From Thermodesulfobacteriota bacterium (GTDB lineage Bacteria > Desulfobacterota_D > UBA1144 > Nemesobacterales > Mycalebacteriaceae): a stretch of DNA of 64,000 nucleotides. The translations under genes and the position numbers were made by a program. Shown here in pieces: positions 1 through 9,800 of the stretch; position 1 is the first letter of the stretch; each line of letters begins with the position of its first letter. The notes beneath the pieces are model-generated. The model saw only the letters and a program-made list of their open reading frames with translations. It searched no databases and had not been told where the DNA came from. The stretch is from positions 1,312,001 to 1,376,000 of the forward strand of contig OZ245366.1 of assembly GCA_965226585.1 (NCBI GenBank). The letters run 5' to 3'.

Positions 1-789
1 GATTTGCGTTTGATAGTCCGCAGGGCGGTTGAAAACGATGACAAAATAAAGGGCGCGGAGATTGCCCCGGACGCGCTGGATTTGATGGTTTCTCTCTGCG
101 GCGGAGACGCGAGGGCTCTTCTCAACGGGCTTGAAACCGCAGTTTCAATATGCGCGGGAAGCAAGGTTGACGCGCAAACCGTAAAGGATGTTTATCAGAA
201 AGGCGTGCGTTACGACAAGGGCGGCGATGAGCACTACAACACGATTTCCGCGTTCATAAAAAGCGTTCGCGCAAGCGACCCGGACGCGGCGCTTCATTAT
301 CTCGCCCGTATGCTTGACGCCGGTGAGGAGCCGCTTTTCATAGCGAGGCGGCTGATAGTTCTTGCGTCTGAAGACATAGGAAACGCAGAGCCCTACGCGC
401 TGACGCTTGCAACCGATTGTTTTACGGCGGTGAATTACATCGGAATGCCTGAGGCGCGGATTGTGCTTGCGCAAACGGCGACATACTTGGCGAGTTGTCC
501 GCGAAGCAATGCGGCGTATTCCGGTTTGCGAAAGGCGGAGGCGGATGTAAAGAAGTTTCCGGGTTTGGATATTCCCATGCACATCCGCAACGCGCCCACC
601 CGTTTGATGAAAGACATGGGTTACGGCAAGGGGTATCAGTATCCGCACGATGAGAAAGACGCCTTTGCCGGACAGGAAAACCTGCCCGAAAAGATAAAAG
701 ACAAAATCTACTACAAACCCTCCGAAAGAGGCCGCGAAGCCGCGCTTAAAAAGTATCTTGAAGAGAAATGGAAGAAACGGAGGAAGTGA
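1..789 (+). CDS. rarA: Replication-associated recombination protein A (RarA/MgsA AAA+ ATPase), 5'-truncated by window edge
   Basis: Contains GDAR, YDKGGDEHYNTISAFIKSVRASDPDAA, ARRLIVLASEDIGNA and HIRNAPT..MKDMGYGKGYQYPHD, typical of the MgsA C-terminal region. Confidence 0.93.
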   Translation, partial: DLRLIVRRAVENDDKIKGAEIAPDALDLMVSLCGGDARALLNGLETAVSICAGSKVDAQTVKDVYQKGVRYDKGGDEHYNTISAFIKSVRASDPDAALHYLARMLDAGEEPLFIARRLIVLASEDIGNAEPYALTLATDCFTAVNYIGMPEARIVLAQTATYLASCPRSNAAYSGLRKAEADVKKFPGLDIPMHIRNAPTRLMKDMGYGKGYQYPHDEKDAFAGQENLPEKIKDKIYYKPSERGREAALKKYLEEKWKKRRK

Positions 790-805
790 AGAGTTGCCCC
801 TCGCC

Positions 806-973
806 CGTCATTCCTTGCCCTCGCCCGTCATTCCTGCGAAAGCAGGAATCCAGTATTAGTTAACCAGTTGAATACTGGATTCCGTGTCAGGCACGGAATG
901 ACGGAATAGAGTCCATGACGAAAAAAAGACAGGCACGGAATGACGGAAAGAAGACAAGCAACGGAATGACGGG
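806..973. repeat. CGTC-tagged palindromic doublet (full 78-bp unit 826-903) with duplicated left end and stuttered right ends
   Basis: CGTCATTCCTGCGAAAGCAGGAATCCAGTATT-AGTTAACCAGTTG-AATACTGGATTCCGTGTCAGGCACGGAATGACG; extra CCCGTCATTCCT upstream and extra CACGGAATGACGG copies downstream. Confidence 0.95.
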
Positions 974-984
974 GAATAAAGGTG

Positions 985-1008
985 TATAATCCCACGAGTA
1001 AAAGGGAG
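985..1008 (+). promoter_or_regulatory. Putative -10 box (TATAAT, 985-990) and Shine-Dalgarno (AGGGAG, 1003-1008) of prfB
   Basis: Consensus TATAAT followed by an SD-like motif upstream of ATG 1019; no clear -35. Confidence 0.45.
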
Positions 1009-1018
1009 ACACTTTCAA

Positions 1019-2123
1019 ATGAAAGACACCGAAACGCAAGACCTTCAGTCCCTCGGCGCGCGTATTGAATCCATCAGAGGTTTTCTTTGACCTGCCGGGC
1101 AAAGAGAAACGAATCGCCGAAATAGACGACATATCTAACGGCGCGGATTTCTGGGACGACCGGGAAAAAGCGCAGACAGTTCTATCCGAGCGGTCTTCGC
1201 TTAAACAAAAGATTGACGAATGGAACGAACTCTGCAAAGGGCTTGAAGAAGCCCAAACCATTGCCGAACTCTGCGGCGAACAAACAGACAGCGAACTTGA
1301 AGCGGAACTCACCGCCACACTCACATCACTCACGGAAAAGATTGAGCGCGTTGAGTTCAAAAGAATGCTCGGCGGAGAAGATGACTCCAAAGGGGCGATT
1401 GTGGAAATAAACGCGGGCGCGGGAGGAACCGAAGCGCAAGACTGGGCGGATATGCTTTACAGAATGTATCTGCGGTATTGCGACAGAAACGGCTTTTCCG
1501 TGAACGTGCTTAACTGCCAGGACGGAGACGAAGCGGGAATAAAAAGCGCGACCATAATCGTTTCAGGCGACCATGCGTACGGCTACCTTAAAGGCGAAAG
1601 CGGCGTTCACCGCCTTGTGAGAATCTCCCCGTTTGATTCAAACAAAAGACGGCACACATCTTTCGCGTCTGTCTTTATCGCCCCGGAAATAGACGACTCG
1701 GTTGAGGTGGTTGTGGATGACAAAGATTTGAGGGTTGACACCTTCAGAGCCGGAGGCAAAGGCGGACAGCACGTGAACAAAACAGATTCCGCCGTCCGCA
1801 TAACGCACATTCCCACGGGAACGGTTGTGAGTTGCCAGAACGAAAGGTCTCAACACCAGAACAGAATGAGCGCGATGAAGGTTTTGAAAGCGCGCCTGTA
1901 TAAAATAGAGACGGAGAAAAAACGCGAAAAACTGACCGATCTCTCATCGTCAAAAAAAGACATAGGATGGGGAAGCCAGATAAGGTCTTATGTTATGCAT
2001 CCGTACAGAATGGCGAAAGACCACAGAACCGGTTTTGAGCAGAGCGATGTGATTGCCGTGCTTGACGGGGAGATTGAGGAGTTCATAAAGAGTTATCTTA
2101 CTTCCGGGGAGACAGCGCAATGA
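1019..2123 (+). CDS. prfB: Peptide chain release factor 2, translated via programmed +1 frameshift at CTT TGA C (1085-1091)
   Basis: ATG 1019 reads MKDTETQDLQSLGARIESIRGFL then CTT-TGA-C with internal SD AGAGGT (1076-1081); the +1 frame continues DLPGKEKRI... with the SPF tripeptide (RISPFDS) and GGQ motif. Confidence 0.96.
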
Positions 2124-3007
2124 GCAAAGGAAAGAAAGTCCGCAAAATAGGAATTGTGGGGCTGAAAAGCAAAAAAGAAGTCAGGAAGATGACAGCCTTT
2201 CTGTGCGCCCTGCTTGAAAAATCAGGCATAGAGCCGGTTGTGGAAAGCACTTTGGGCGAAGCGTCCGGTGTTTCGCAACTTGCCGAAGCAAAAGAGATTC
2301 CAACTCTCGCAGACATGGTTTTCTCTCTCGGCGGAGACGGCACTTTCCTCAGCGCGGTGCGTTTGCTCAGCGGAAGTTCAATTCCGGTGCTTGGAATAAA
2401 CCTCGGCGGTTTGGGTTTTCTTGCGGAATGCAAGGTTGACGAGGCGGAAAAAATGCTGAAAAAAATCGCATCGGGCGATTACAGGGTGGAGAGGAGAGAT
2501 ATGTTCGCCGTTCGTGTTGAGGAGAAGGGAAAAACCGTATGGGAGGGCGAAGCGTTGAACGAAGTTGTTGTGAACTGCGGCAAGGCGACCCGCATTATAG
2601 ACCTTGAACTCCACATAGACGGCTCTCACATAACCACCTTTAAGGCGGACGGCATAATATGCTCAACGCCGACCGGCTCAACGGGGTATTCGCTTTCTGC
2701 GGGAGGTCCCGTTGTGTATCCCACGCTTCCGCTTGCCGTGATAACCCCGATATGCCCGCACACGCTTGCGAACCGTCCGCTTGTGGTTTCAAACGAGAAT
2801 GAGATTCGTTTCCGCACTCCCGCTTCGGCTCCCGATGAAAAACTCACCGCCACCGTTGACGGGCAGATGGAGACTCCGTTGAAGCTCCGTCAGGAGGTTG
2901 TGGTAACAAAATCCGGCAGTTCGGTAAATCTTGTGAAATCGCCGTTTGTTGATTACTTCTCAATTTTGAAAACAAAACTGATGTGGGCGACAAGGAATAA
3001 GGGTTAA
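2120..3007 (+). CDS. nadK: NAD(+) kinase
   Basis: GGDGTFL, GINLGGLGFL, NE and DGIICSTPTGSTGYSLSAGGP motifs; overlaps prfB stop (ATGA). Confidence 0.95.
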   Translation: MSKGKKVRKIGIVGLKSKKEVRKMTAFLCALLEKSGIEPVVESTLGEASGVSQLAEAKEIPTLADMVFSLGGDGTFLSAVRLLSGSSIPVLGINLGGLGFLAECKVDEAEKMLKKIASGDYRVERRDMFAVRVEEKGKTVWEGEALNEVVVNCGKATRIIDLELHIDGSHITTFKADGIICSTPTGSTGYSLSAGGPVVYPTLPLAVITPICPHTLANRPLVVSNENEIRFRTPASAPDEKLTATVDGQMETPLKLRQEVVVTKSGSSVNLVKSPFVDYFSILKTKLMWATRNKG

Positions 3008-3037
3008 GTTTCCCGCCTTCCGTGCCTGACACTTCCC

Positions 3038-3115
3038 CGTCATTCCGTGCTTGACACGGAATCCAGTATTCAACTGGTTAACTAATACTGGATTCCTGCT
3101 TCCGCAGGAATGACG
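3038..3115. repeat. CGTC palindromic doublet, full 78-bp unit in reverse orientation, between convergent genes
   Basis: CGTCATTCCGTGCTTGACACGGAATCCAGTATT-CAACTGGTTAACT-AATACTGGATTCCTGCTTCCGCAGGAATGACG. Confidence 0.95.
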
Positions 3116-3223
3116 GAGGGGGCAAAGAATGACGTTAGGGGCTACTTTATCGGCAGATAAAAGAAAACCTCTGATGGATTCAATATGTGCGATGGGGGAC
3201 TAAAGGTTTTGCGTTTCGGTCTC

Positions 3224-3514
3224 TCATTTTCCGTAGTGAAGAATGATTTTCTGTTCTTTAAGTAGTTTTTCTATCTTTTTGGGTAATTCCTCTATGGAAT
3301 TGAACTTTATTGGCTTTTTCAGTGGGTCTATGCCGTGAGACTTGTTTTTTGGTGTGTTGACTGTTCCTGCTGCCCAAGCATGTTTTGGATCTATATGGCC
3401 CTTAGTCGGCGCAATGCCATCAGTCCACAAACTAACGGTAATTTTAATCATCTTCTGACCGCTTCCTGCTTTTACAGAAGATGTCGAAATCTTTTTAGTT
3501 GATTTTTTTTGCAT
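3224..3514 (-). CDS. Hypothetical basic protein (96 aa)
   Basis: ATG preceded by a purine-rich GGAGGAAAG SD-like stretch; Lys-rich; lies in an AT-richer islet. Confidence 0.7.
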   Translation of the reverse strand: MQKKSTKKISTSSVKAGSGQKMIKITVSLWTDGIAPTKGHIDPKHAWAAGTVNTPKNKSHGIDPLKKPIKFNSIEELPKKIEKLLKEQKIILHYGK

Positions 3515-3551
3515 TTTCTTTCCTCCTTAACGGGAATAAGCGTAATCGCTT

Positions 3552-4379
3552 TTACTCTCTCTCCCAACTCCAAGTTTGTTTGCAATTCCCGCAGCTGGCT
3601 ACTGTAATTGAGGCATATTCAGTAGGCAACCAATTAAATACAGTGCCACCACCTGTTGCTCTACTGCTCTCTTTAGTTCTGACCTGTCCCTTTGTCTGGC
3701 AGTGCGGACAAATAACCTCAGAGGCAACTTCACCATGCTGTTTCGCTACTTTCTGCTTAGCAGTCAACGGCTTCTGTTCTAAGAGATGGGGGAAGTAGAG
3801 AATCATAATGACAAAGGAAACTATCAACAATATAAAAATCAAACCTAACAAAGTGTTTATGAGGAAAACAAGCGTGACTAATAATAGTAGAGCGAGTGCC
3901 ACGAGAACAATTTCTTTCTTTAGTGGTACATGCCGATTTTTTGACAATTTTTCTGACCTTTGGTGGAGTCTGCGATAATCTACCTTTGGAACTTTCATCT
4001 TCCATTTTGCTTCCAGTAAATCATGTGTTCCGCCGTGAATATCAACCACTTCCCAACCTTGTTTGATTAACTTTCGCCCATAGCGAGAGTTATAAATACG
4101 ACCCATAATCGTCCAATAGAGCACAAGAGCAACAAGAAGGGGAAAGGCAAATACTAAACTGTCTTCGCCTTTAAGCAAAAAAACATTTTTCAATAGAACT
4201 CTTATTGAAACGACAGATAAAAAAAACGTTATGACCCAGCCAAGAGTGTAGATTAAAAAGCCAACCCAATCTCTCCTCAACAAAGGGACTAAAGAGCCCG
4301 CGAAAAGCATTGTCCATGAATATCCGGCGGATACTACCCTTTCCTGCTCCCGTTCCTTATGTTCCCAAACTATTTTCAC
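3552..4379 (-). CDS. Hypothetical multi-pass membrane protein: DUF2628-like N-terminus and C-terminal Zn-ribbon
   Basis: GYSWTMLFAGSLVPLLRRDW...IYNSRYGRKLIKQGW resembles DUF2628-type membrane domains; several hydrophobic helices; CPHC...CGNC at the C-terminus. Confidence 0.7.
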   Translation of the reverse strand: MKIVWEHKEREQERVVSAGYSWTMLFAGSLVPLLRRDWVGFLIYTLGWVITFFLSVVSIRVLLKNVFLLKGEDSLVFAFPLLVALVLYWTIMGRIYNSRYGRKLIKQGWEVVDIHGGTHDLLEAKWKMKVPKVDYRRLHQRSEKLSKNRHVPLKKEIVLVALALLLLVTLVFLINTLLGLIFILLIVSFVIMILYFPHLLEQKPLTAKQKVAKQHGEVASEVICPHCQTKGQVRTKESSRATGGGTVFNWLPTEYASITVASCGNCKQTWSWERE

Positions 4380-4418
4380 TTTCTCACAGGTTTCTCAAAG
4401 GTTATCTCAGCCACCAAA

Positions 4419-4484
4419 GTCATTCCGTGCCTGACACGGAATCCAGTATTCAACTGGTTAATTAATACTGGATTCCTGCTTCCG
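4419..4484. repeat. Truncated CGTC palindromic doublet (reverse orientation)
   Basis: GTCATTCCGTGCCTGACACGGAATCCAGTATTCAACTGGTTAATTAATACTGGATTCCTGCTTCCG, ending mid arm A. Confidence 0.9.
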
Positions 4485-4493
4485 GCAACAACC

Positions 4494-4820
4494 CTACTCC
4501 CCTTTTGGAGCCGTTGCCTGCACATACCGCAGTCTCAAACTGTAAAGCACATCGTCTATCAGGTTTTGTTCCTCATCTGACAGGTTGCCCTTTGTCTTGT
4601 CTTGCAGGATTTCAAGAATATCCACCGTGTGTTTTGCGGCGGGGATGTTGATTTCTCTCTGTTTTGTATTCGGGTCGGGAATGTCTCCCAGATGCATAAT
4701 TGCCGAAGCGTTTAGCGAGAGAACAAAATTGGAAAAATCCATCTTCATCTCTCCGCTTTGCGGTTTCCTCTGCTCCGCCTCCGCGCCTTCGGTTTCCACT
4801 TTCTTCTCTTCTTCACTCAT
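4494..4820 (-). CDS. DUF1844 domain protein
   Basis: F..FVLSL...A.MHLG..PDP......N...A...VDILE.L..KTKGNL...E...I...LY.LR..YV pattern. Confidence 0.85.
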   Translation of the reverse strand: MSEEEKKVETEGAEAEQRKPQSGEMKMDFSNFVLSLNASAIMHLGDIPDPNTKQREINIPAAKHTVDILEILQDKTKGNLSDEEQNLIDDVLYSLRLRYVQATAPKGE

Positions 4821-5886
4821 CTCCGCCTCCGTTTTCCAACTGCCTCAAAACCTCATCCGCAACCTTCATAAACGCCTGCGCCGCAGAGCAGTCGGGTTTG
4901 AACTCAACCACCGGAACGCCGCTGTCTCCGCACTTTCTCACCTCAGGGTCAATCGGAATCTCACCGAGAAACGGAACGTCAAACTTTTCCGCCATCGCCT
5001 TTCCGCCGCCCCTGCCGAAAATGTCTATCGCCTCGCCGCCCGGCACATCCAGATAACTCATGTTCTCAACTATCCCCATTACCGGAATGTTCAGTTTTTC
5101 AAACATCAAAATCCCGCGCCGCACATCTATAAGCGAAACCTCTTGCGGAGTTGTTACGATAACCCCGCCGTTCAGCGGAGCCGTTTGCGCTATGGAAAGT
5201 TGCGCGTCTCCGGTGCCGGGGGGAAGGTCTATCACAAGGTAATCGGTGTTTTTCCACTCAACATCTTCAACAAACTGCTTTACGGCTCCGTGAACCATCG
5301 GTCCCCGCCATATGACGGTTTCCTCCTCTTTTATAAGGTAGCCGATTGACATTATTTTCAGCCCGTATTTCTCTATCGGAAGCATTTTGCGCTGGGGTGT
5401 GGCGACCGGTTTTTCGCCCTGCGTTCCGGTCATCATCGGCGCGCTTGGTCCCCAAATATCCGCGTCCATAAGCCCCACATTTTGTCTTTTTTTCGCGATT
5501 GCCACCGCGAGATTTACCGCCACTGTGGATTTGCCCACGCCGCCTTTTCCGCTTGCCACCGCAACGTAGTGTTTGATGTCCGGCAGTTTTGACTGCGCCG
5601 CCTGTCCCTGTTCGGGAGCGCCGCGTGCGGCGGACGGCTCTCTTGTCTCCGTAACGATTGAAACCCCTTCAACTCCGGGCGTTTCAAGAACAGCGGTTCT
5701 GACTGATTCCTCTATTTGTTTCTGAATTGCCGCGTCCGGTTTGGGAAAAACAAGGGAGATTTTCACGCCCGAATTGTCGTCCACATCTACGCTTTTTACA
5801 ATTCCGAATGACACAATATCCCTTGTAAAACCGGGATACTTCACTTGTTTTAAACGTCTTGAAACGGTTTCAGGGGTAAGACCCAT
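4813..5886 (-). CDS. apbC: Mrp/ApbC (NBP35-family) Fe-S cluster carrier ATPase with N-terminal DUF59-like domain
   Basis: ASGKGGVGKST deviant Walker A, DADIWGPS, WRGPM, DLPPGTGDAQL, VTTPQ, GIVENMS motifs. Confidence 0.92.
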   Translation of the reverse strand: MGLTPETVSRRLKQVKYPGFTRDIVSFGIVKSVDVDDNSGVKISLVFPKPDAAIQKQIEESVRTAVLETPGVEGVSIVTETREPSAARGAPEQGQAAQSKLPDIKHYVAVASGKGGVGKSTVAVNLAVAIAKKRQNVGLMDADIWGPSAPMMTGTQGEKPVATPQRKMLPIEKYGLKIMSIGYLIKEEETVIWRGPMVHGAVKQFVEDVEWKNTDYLVIDLPPGTGDAQLSIAQTAPLNGGVIVTTPQEVSLIDVRRGILMFEKLNIPVMGIVENMSYLDVPGGEAIDIFGRGGGKAMAEKFDVPFLGEIPIDPEVRKCGDSGVPVVEFKPDCSAAQAFMKVADEVLRQLENGGGDE

Positions 5887-5896
5887 GGCTTGAAAG

Positions 5897-6307
5897 TTAC
5901 CCCACTCCGAGTTTGCTTTTGGCTTCCGGGCTCATCATGCCGGGGTTCCACGGCGGATCCCAGACGACTTGCACAATCACGTTCCTTGCCCCTATCGCTT
6001 TCAACGCTTCTTCCGCCTGCCCCGATATGTGCGCGCCCATTGAGCATCCGGGGGTTGTGAGTGTCATTTTCAGCCCCACATCACTGCCTGAAATTTGAAC
6101 ATCGTAGATAAGACCGAGGTCAACAATGCTTACGGGAAGTTCGGGGTCGTTCACGCCTTTCAACGCTTCAAAAACCGACTCTTCGGTAAGTTCAACCGCG
6201 CCGCCGGGTTCTTTTTTCTCGAATTTTTTGAGTTCAACCTGCGGTTTTTCCGCATCTGCGCCGGAAGGGGAATCGGGCTGAATAGTTATAATTTTTTTCA
6301 TCGCCAT
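5897..6307 (-). CDS. Metal-sulfur cluster assembly factor (DUF59/MIP18/SufT-like)
   Basis: V.DPELPVSIVDLGLIY, MTLTTPGC and VWDPPWNPGMMS motifs; start moved to ATG 6307 because a promoter overlaps the longer GTG start. Confidence 0.88.
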   Translation of the reverse strand: MAMKKIITIQPDSPSGADAEKPQVELKKFEKKEPGGAVELTEESVFEALKGVNDPELPVSIVDLGLIYDVQISGSDVGLKMTLTTPGCSMGAHISGQAEEALKAIGARNVIVQVVWDPPWNPGMMSPEAKSKLGVG

Positions 6308-6316
6308 TGGATGACG

Positions 6317-6345
6317 ATTGTAGCCACTGCTCCCCTTGTTGTCAA
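6317..6345 (-). promoter_or_regulatory. Sigma70-type promoter for the DUF59-apbC-DUF1844 operon
   Basis: Minus strand TTGACA-N17-TACAAT ending ~10 nt before ATG 6307. Confidence 0.7.
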
Positions 6346-6408
6346 AGCGCGGACGCACTTGAATAATGGCTCGCGGGGCGGATAATTAGCCGTGCGAATT
6401 CTTGCGGA

Positions 6409-6687
6409 ATGGCGCGATTTTATGAACGATACCACCAAAAAAACGGAGAGCGGCAGGCGGGTGCCGGTTTGAAGGTGGAGGCTGGAAATGATGTTTGTGA
6501 ATGTGGAAACCGTCTTGGTTCGCCGCTTGTTTCGCCGAAGTCCAAATACACGACTTTCGGTTGGTTTCTTGTATCAATGGGAATAAGCCACCCGCCGGTA
6601 AAGGTGGTTTTCACTTGCGACAATTGCGGGAAAGAGTTCAAAACGATTACGGATAAGAAGCTTTTGAGAGAGCATATTTACAGATAG
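6409..6687 (+). CDS. Small hypothetical Zn-binding protein (true start may be downstream, ~6469-6475)
   Basis: CECG ... CDNCG cysteine pairs flanking a short hydrophobic stretch. Confidence 0.6.
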   Translation: MARFYERYHQKNGERQAGAGLKVEAGNDVCECGNRLGSPLVSPKSKYTTFGWFLVSMGISHPPVKVVFTCDNCGKEFKTITDKKLLREHIYR

Positions 6688-6697
6688 AGGGAGTGGG

Positions 6698-6885
6698 TGC
6701 GGAAGCAGGAATCCAGTATTGGTTTAGCCCAGTTGAATACTGGATTCCGTGTCAGGCACGGAATGACGGGAAGGAGAAAAGGCGCGGAATGACACACTTC
6801 CCCGTCATTCCTGCGGAAGCAGGAATCCAGTATTGGTTAGCCCAGTTGAATACTGGATTCCGTGTCAAGCACGGAATGACGGGAT
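6698..6885. repeat. CGTC palindrome mini-array (one left-truncated unit plus full unit 6803-6881) abutting the stop of autotransporter 1
   Basis: Direct sequence match to the 78-80 bp unit. Confidence 0.93.
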
Positions 6886-6888
6886 GGG

Positions 6889-9800
6889 TCAAAAACTGTA
6901 ATTAACCCCGCCTCTGAACTGTTGCACAAAAGTATCAAAACTCGTGCTCATTCCGCCGTCATAGTCAATCCTCACACTCAGTTCCCGCAAAGGAGCATAA
7001 GGCGTGTATTCAAAACCTGCGCCGTAGTTGAACATTATCCGGTCCTGCCCGCCGCTTCGGGGAACATTACCGTCAGCAAGAGTCGCCTCAAGGTCGGCTT
7101 CAGGGTTCAAGACGTGTATATCCGCCCCCACGCGAATTCTCATATTTACCGTCTCACTCAAAGGTGAACGCGCTTCAAATGACGGACTTACATATACCAA
7201 TATCTCGCTTGTGTCTTTTACTTTGAAAGCGTCAGCTATTGCCTCAGGAGTGTTTGTTAAGGAAGTCTCATCAAACGCCCCCGCTGTTACATAAGACGCT
7301 CCAATCTCTATACGGGGAAATAATGCAAAACTCCCCGACAAAAACGGCATTGCCGCGCCAAGCGCGCCGCCGAATACTGTCGCGTTTGTATCCGCAGAGT
7401 AACGGTTATCTCCCGCAGTGCGGGTTGATTCCCAACTCGTAGAAACATACTGAAACCTGCCGTCAACCATATATCTGTCCACTATTGTGGAGGCAAAAAT
7501 GCCGCCCATAAATCTTGTTGCCTCTCCGCTTGCGTCTGCCCTGCCTTCATCAGTCAGCACATCCATATCAAGGTTTGAGATTTCATAACCGCCTGCCACC
7601 GAAACAAGAATGCTGTTAAACGGCGCGGATACGCCGCCGGTGAAGGTATAGACATCTTCGTCATAGTTAATCGCTGAAGAATAGCGGGTGTACCTTCCGC
7701 CCGATGTTGCCCACACGCAACCAGTCCAGAAATCTCCGTCTATCTCATCACTTGCCGCAGAGCCGTAACCGCAACCGCTTGAAAGTTTTGTGGCAAAACT
7801 CCTGTCTGCGCGGTAAGCGGACTGGATGAGAGAATCATAGATATCCAAACTGGCATCTTTCAGCGACATTGCTGTCAAAAACAGGTTGCCGTCTCCATCT
7901 GTCTGAACACTTCCCCTTTCGCCTATTTCCGCGTTTAGACGCTCTACAACCTCTTGCCTTTCTTCGCCGTCCGGCAAGTCGTCCGCTTCAAAAATTGTGT
8001 ACTCCGTTATATGCGTTCCGGGAACATCAACTCTGACTCTGAAACCTTCAATATCTTCCGCGCTTATCGTGCCTTCAAGGTTTATAAGCGGTTTGCCTGT
8101 CATCTCTTCAGGGTCTGCCGAGACAACAAGGGTTGAATTCGCGCCGAAGGTTATTTTGTCCAAGCCGTTAAAACCGCCCGCGCCGGCAAGAACTATTGTG
8201 CCTTCATTTATGAAATGGTCATCGCCTTCGCCAAAGTTAATGGTTGCCCGTTCCGGCTCCCGCTCAGGCGTGGCGGATGAAAGACGGAAACGGTTGCCGC
8301 CTCCTTCAGACGGGGTTGACTGCGCCCCGTGCGCCGGAGCCGACTGCGAGGATGGCGGGGGTGATGATGATGGCGGAAGCCCCGTAACGGTGTCAGAACT
8401 ATCGTGTATGACCGACCCCGCGCCGTTTATTGTGCCTCTGTTTTGGAAAATATCCGAGCCGGATCCCGTGTCAAAAGAGGTGATAATTGTGATAGTTCCC
8501 GTGTCTTCGTTATAGACTTCGTCATCGTCAGCGCCCATGCTGGCGTTTCCGATGAATGTGCCTTCGTTTGTGAAAATGTCATCGCCGTCTCCCGTGTCAA
8601 AAGAGCCGATAATTGTGAGAAGTCCCGTGTCTTTGTTGGTAAATGTGTCTCCGACATCGCTCAGAGTTACTTTTCCGACTATCGTTCCCCAGTTGTCAAG
8701 TCCAACGTCATTGTTGTCCCACTCGTCTCCCACCTGCAAGGCGATTACGTTGTTCGCGGGGGTAACTATGCAGTTGCGGTTCTCATCTATCACACCGCCG
8801 CACAGAAGAGCGCCCTCAAAAATCCGCAGCAAACTCTGATAACGGGCATACGAGCCGCTTCTCAAAGATACCGCCACAGAGTTCATCCCGGACGCAGACA
8901 CATTCGCGCCGTTGTACATATGGAGTTCCGCCTCGCTTTCGCCAACATTCGGGTCATCATCTTTCTCTTCAATCAGGATGGTTGTGCTGTCCGCTCCGGT
9001 TGTGTACACATCTGCGGCGTTTACGTTCACGACGCCAATCCTGTCATACGAATTAATATTTACCGCCACACTCCGCGCGCCGTTTGTGAATACACGCGCC
9101 CCGCTGTCAATCGAAATGGTTGATCCGAATCCGTAGAACCCGTCCACCACCGCCATTGCGTGGCTGTCATTGGCTGTTGTGTACACTTGCGACCCGCCGG
9201 ACACTCTTGTGTAGGTAACTCCCACCCTGCCTCCGATAAGTATCGCGTTGCTTTTCGCGCCGTTCGCGAACACTCTGGAATTGCCGTGAACCACAATATT
9301 TCCAAATGCCTCCGTTTCTATGAATATGCCGTTGCCCGTTTTTGTGGTGAACACGCTTGATGACTGGTTGACAATTACTTGCAGTTCATCGTTGAACCCG
9401 CCGTCAATACTGTTCGCATAGATTGCGACGCTTCCCGCGCCGTTTGCCCACACATGAGACTGATTACCGACAGTTATGAACTGGCTCCTCAAAATAGCAT
9501 TGCCATAGACTGAGCGCGCGCCGTCTCCTTCCGTCCACACTTGCGACTTGTCGTTAATCGTAATGTTGGAGTGCTGTGCCGCGCGGGAGTTCATGAATAT
9601 CGCGCCCGTTCTCGCGCCGTTTGCCCACACTTTTGAGCCGTTTGTAACTGTCCACTCCGTACTCCGGCTCCGGTCGCCCCCGGAATGCGCTTGCGACACC
9701 GCCGTTGCTCTGCTTTGTCCTGTTGACCACATATTTGAGCCGTTGATTTCAATTCCCATAAACCGGTGGGATTCTGCCAACAGCGCGCTTCCGTCTTGTC

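Noticed and set aside
1065..1090. prfB pseudogene or TTG start at 1065
   Set aside because: Explained by the canonical programmed frameshift.
6308..6358. GTG start at 6358 for the DUF59 protein
   Set aside because: The extension overlaps a near-consensus TTGACA-N17-TACAAT promoter.
6889..8300. Diversity-generating retroelement explanation for the near-identical type A C-termini
   Set aside because: No reverse transcriptase in the window, the repeats are >1 kb, and the differences appear mostly synonymous and not adenine-specific by eye.
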